From the NCBI GenBank assembly GCA_020137815.1, contig CM035362.1, forward strand, positions 868,001 through 932,000: a stretch of DNA of 64,000 nucleotides. Direction: 5' to 3'. The notes under the pieces are model-generated. The model saw only the letters and a program-made list of their open reading frames with translations, did no database searches and was not told where the DNA came from. The DNA comes from Hormiphora californensis. Lineage: Eukaryota; Animalia; Ctenophora. Made by a program: the position numbers and the translations under genes. Within the stretch, counting starts at the first letter, position 1. Each line of letters starts with the position of its first letter. Of the stretch, positions 62,521 through 64,000 are shown piece by piece.

Positions 62521-63111
62521 CTGAAATATTGTGAGGGAGTTGATCTACCGAACCATCACGGTGTGAGTCACACAATAAAGGAGTTCACAGTTGGGTAAAA
62601 AGACAACCTGTCAGCACACAATAAATCTAAGATAATCTTTTAGCATGTTTGTGCCACTGGTTTATATTACCTTTAGTCCCTCTATATTAGTATAAATCCC
62701 CTCTAGTACAACACCATACTCTCCCTCTCCTAACACTTTACTCTGCAAGGGGGGATGTATTAGTTATTTAGTCAGGGAATGGGGACAAACCCGAAGGCAA
62801 AGCCCGGATGCCTTTTTTGTTTTTGCTTTGCAAAAAGGCATAGCAGGGTTAGAATTTGAAAATGAATACTAACTAAATCGGTAGAGGGGTAATTAAACGT
62901 CCACCGCTACCTGCCCCTTCATAAACCACTTCAATGACACGTTTTCATGAAACGTGTGACGTGCATTGGGGTGTAAATGCAACTAGGTGCTCTCTCTTCT
63001 CTTTACTATTTAGGCTAGCAACACTAACAGAGAGTTCTCATCTCTGTGATCTTACTATTTAGACAGCACATGGTATCACTTTGCCTAGCTAGACCGTCTT
63101 TCATGCGCCCA

Positions 63112-63618
63112 TTACAAATGTAAAGGGAGGGTTAGAACATAACAAGTATCACACAGACATTTAGACATTGGATGCTAAACGTTCTAACTGAAATATTCAG
63201 TCTGAGAGAAATATTCAGTCTGTTCCTGATATGATAAAGACTTGATCCTGGTTGCGTTAGAAAGAGAAAAACTGTATCTTTCCAATGCGACCAATAAAAA
63301 GTCTCTATCTTATCAGGAACCGGATTTAGCACGCACAAATAATGCACGGAAAGTTTTTTAGCACAAGCGGTTGGCTTTATTAAAAATCAGACTATACTGC
63401 CTTTAAATAATTTATGAGTTGTTACTTAATCCAGTGTTAAAAAGCCAATACAACGCTCACTTTTCTTGTTGAATTCTACATTCTAACAGCTCTTCTATCC
63501 ACCTACAGTTCTATACCATGTATTCATGGCCTGGATAGCATTTCGGCTCTCTTATTGATTGTTCTCCATAATCCATATCTATGTGAATTGTTGTTATGTT
63601 CTAACTTTACATTTGTAA
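63112..63618. mobile_element. ~500-bp MITE-like element with imperfect TIRs
   Basis: TTACAAATGTAAAGGGAGGGTTAGAACATAACAA ... TTGTTATGTTCTAACTTTACATTTGTAA; the same end motif occurs alone at ~21766 and ~28724. Confidence 0.5.
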
Positions 63619-64000
63619 CACAGTCTAGCTAGGCAACATTTTTATACTTTCCCTGGTGTGAGCTAGTCTACCATTCATATTGTCCTAACATAGTATTTTA
63701 CACAGTGATGAAACTATATGTTTTACCAAGGCTTGTTCTAGTGGTTCTTGCTCAGATAACTACATCATCAGGTAAGATACTTCCCATTTCCTAGTTCTTA
63801 CTGATCCCAGTGTAATACTACACTCATGAGAGTATCAAGTTATATAAACACTTCCTGGCAATACAATTTATTATTTGGTAATGTTTATGACGTGGCATGT
63901 TTAACTTTATTTGTTTTCCACCAGACTGGTTGCCAGTAGAGCGAGGGGTGAAACTGGAATGGAACCTGCAAGTCAGACCCCTAGAAATAAAGACTAACTC

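Overview
Intron-rich animal genomic DNA, most likely from a ctenophore (Pleurobrachia-like). That assignment is an inference from recalled repeat families and GPCR style, not from a database search. On the + strand: the 3' exons of a NUDT9-type ADP-ribose hydrolase (or the NUDT9-H end of TRPM2), an FKBP-like TPR gene, and a ~37-kb USP9X/fat-facets deubiquitinase (~7804-45111). The USP9X introns hold at least four antisense nested genes that I spliced by hand: a secreted Sushi-like protein, a class A GPCR, a 71-aa precursor with two amphipathic peptides, and an F-lectin/F5-8 + Sushi protein. A frameshifted fifth candidate is also present. Five USP9X exons occur twice in tandem and differ only at synonymous sites, which is either a real duplication or two haplotypes assembled in series. 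Downstream are an ALKBH2/3-like gene that appears to have lost its catalytic residues, an intronless divergent homeobox gene, a 60-aa secreted twin-CX3C peptide gene, and the 3' half of a SHARK/Syk-family tyrosine kinase. Repeats are dense: foldback palindromes of ~5.05, 2.25, 1.34 and 0.64 kb, several MITEs, a 5'-truncated LINE, a Penelope-like remnant with a hammerhead-like motif, minisatellites and microsatellites. All exon models were read by eye and need RNA confirmation.
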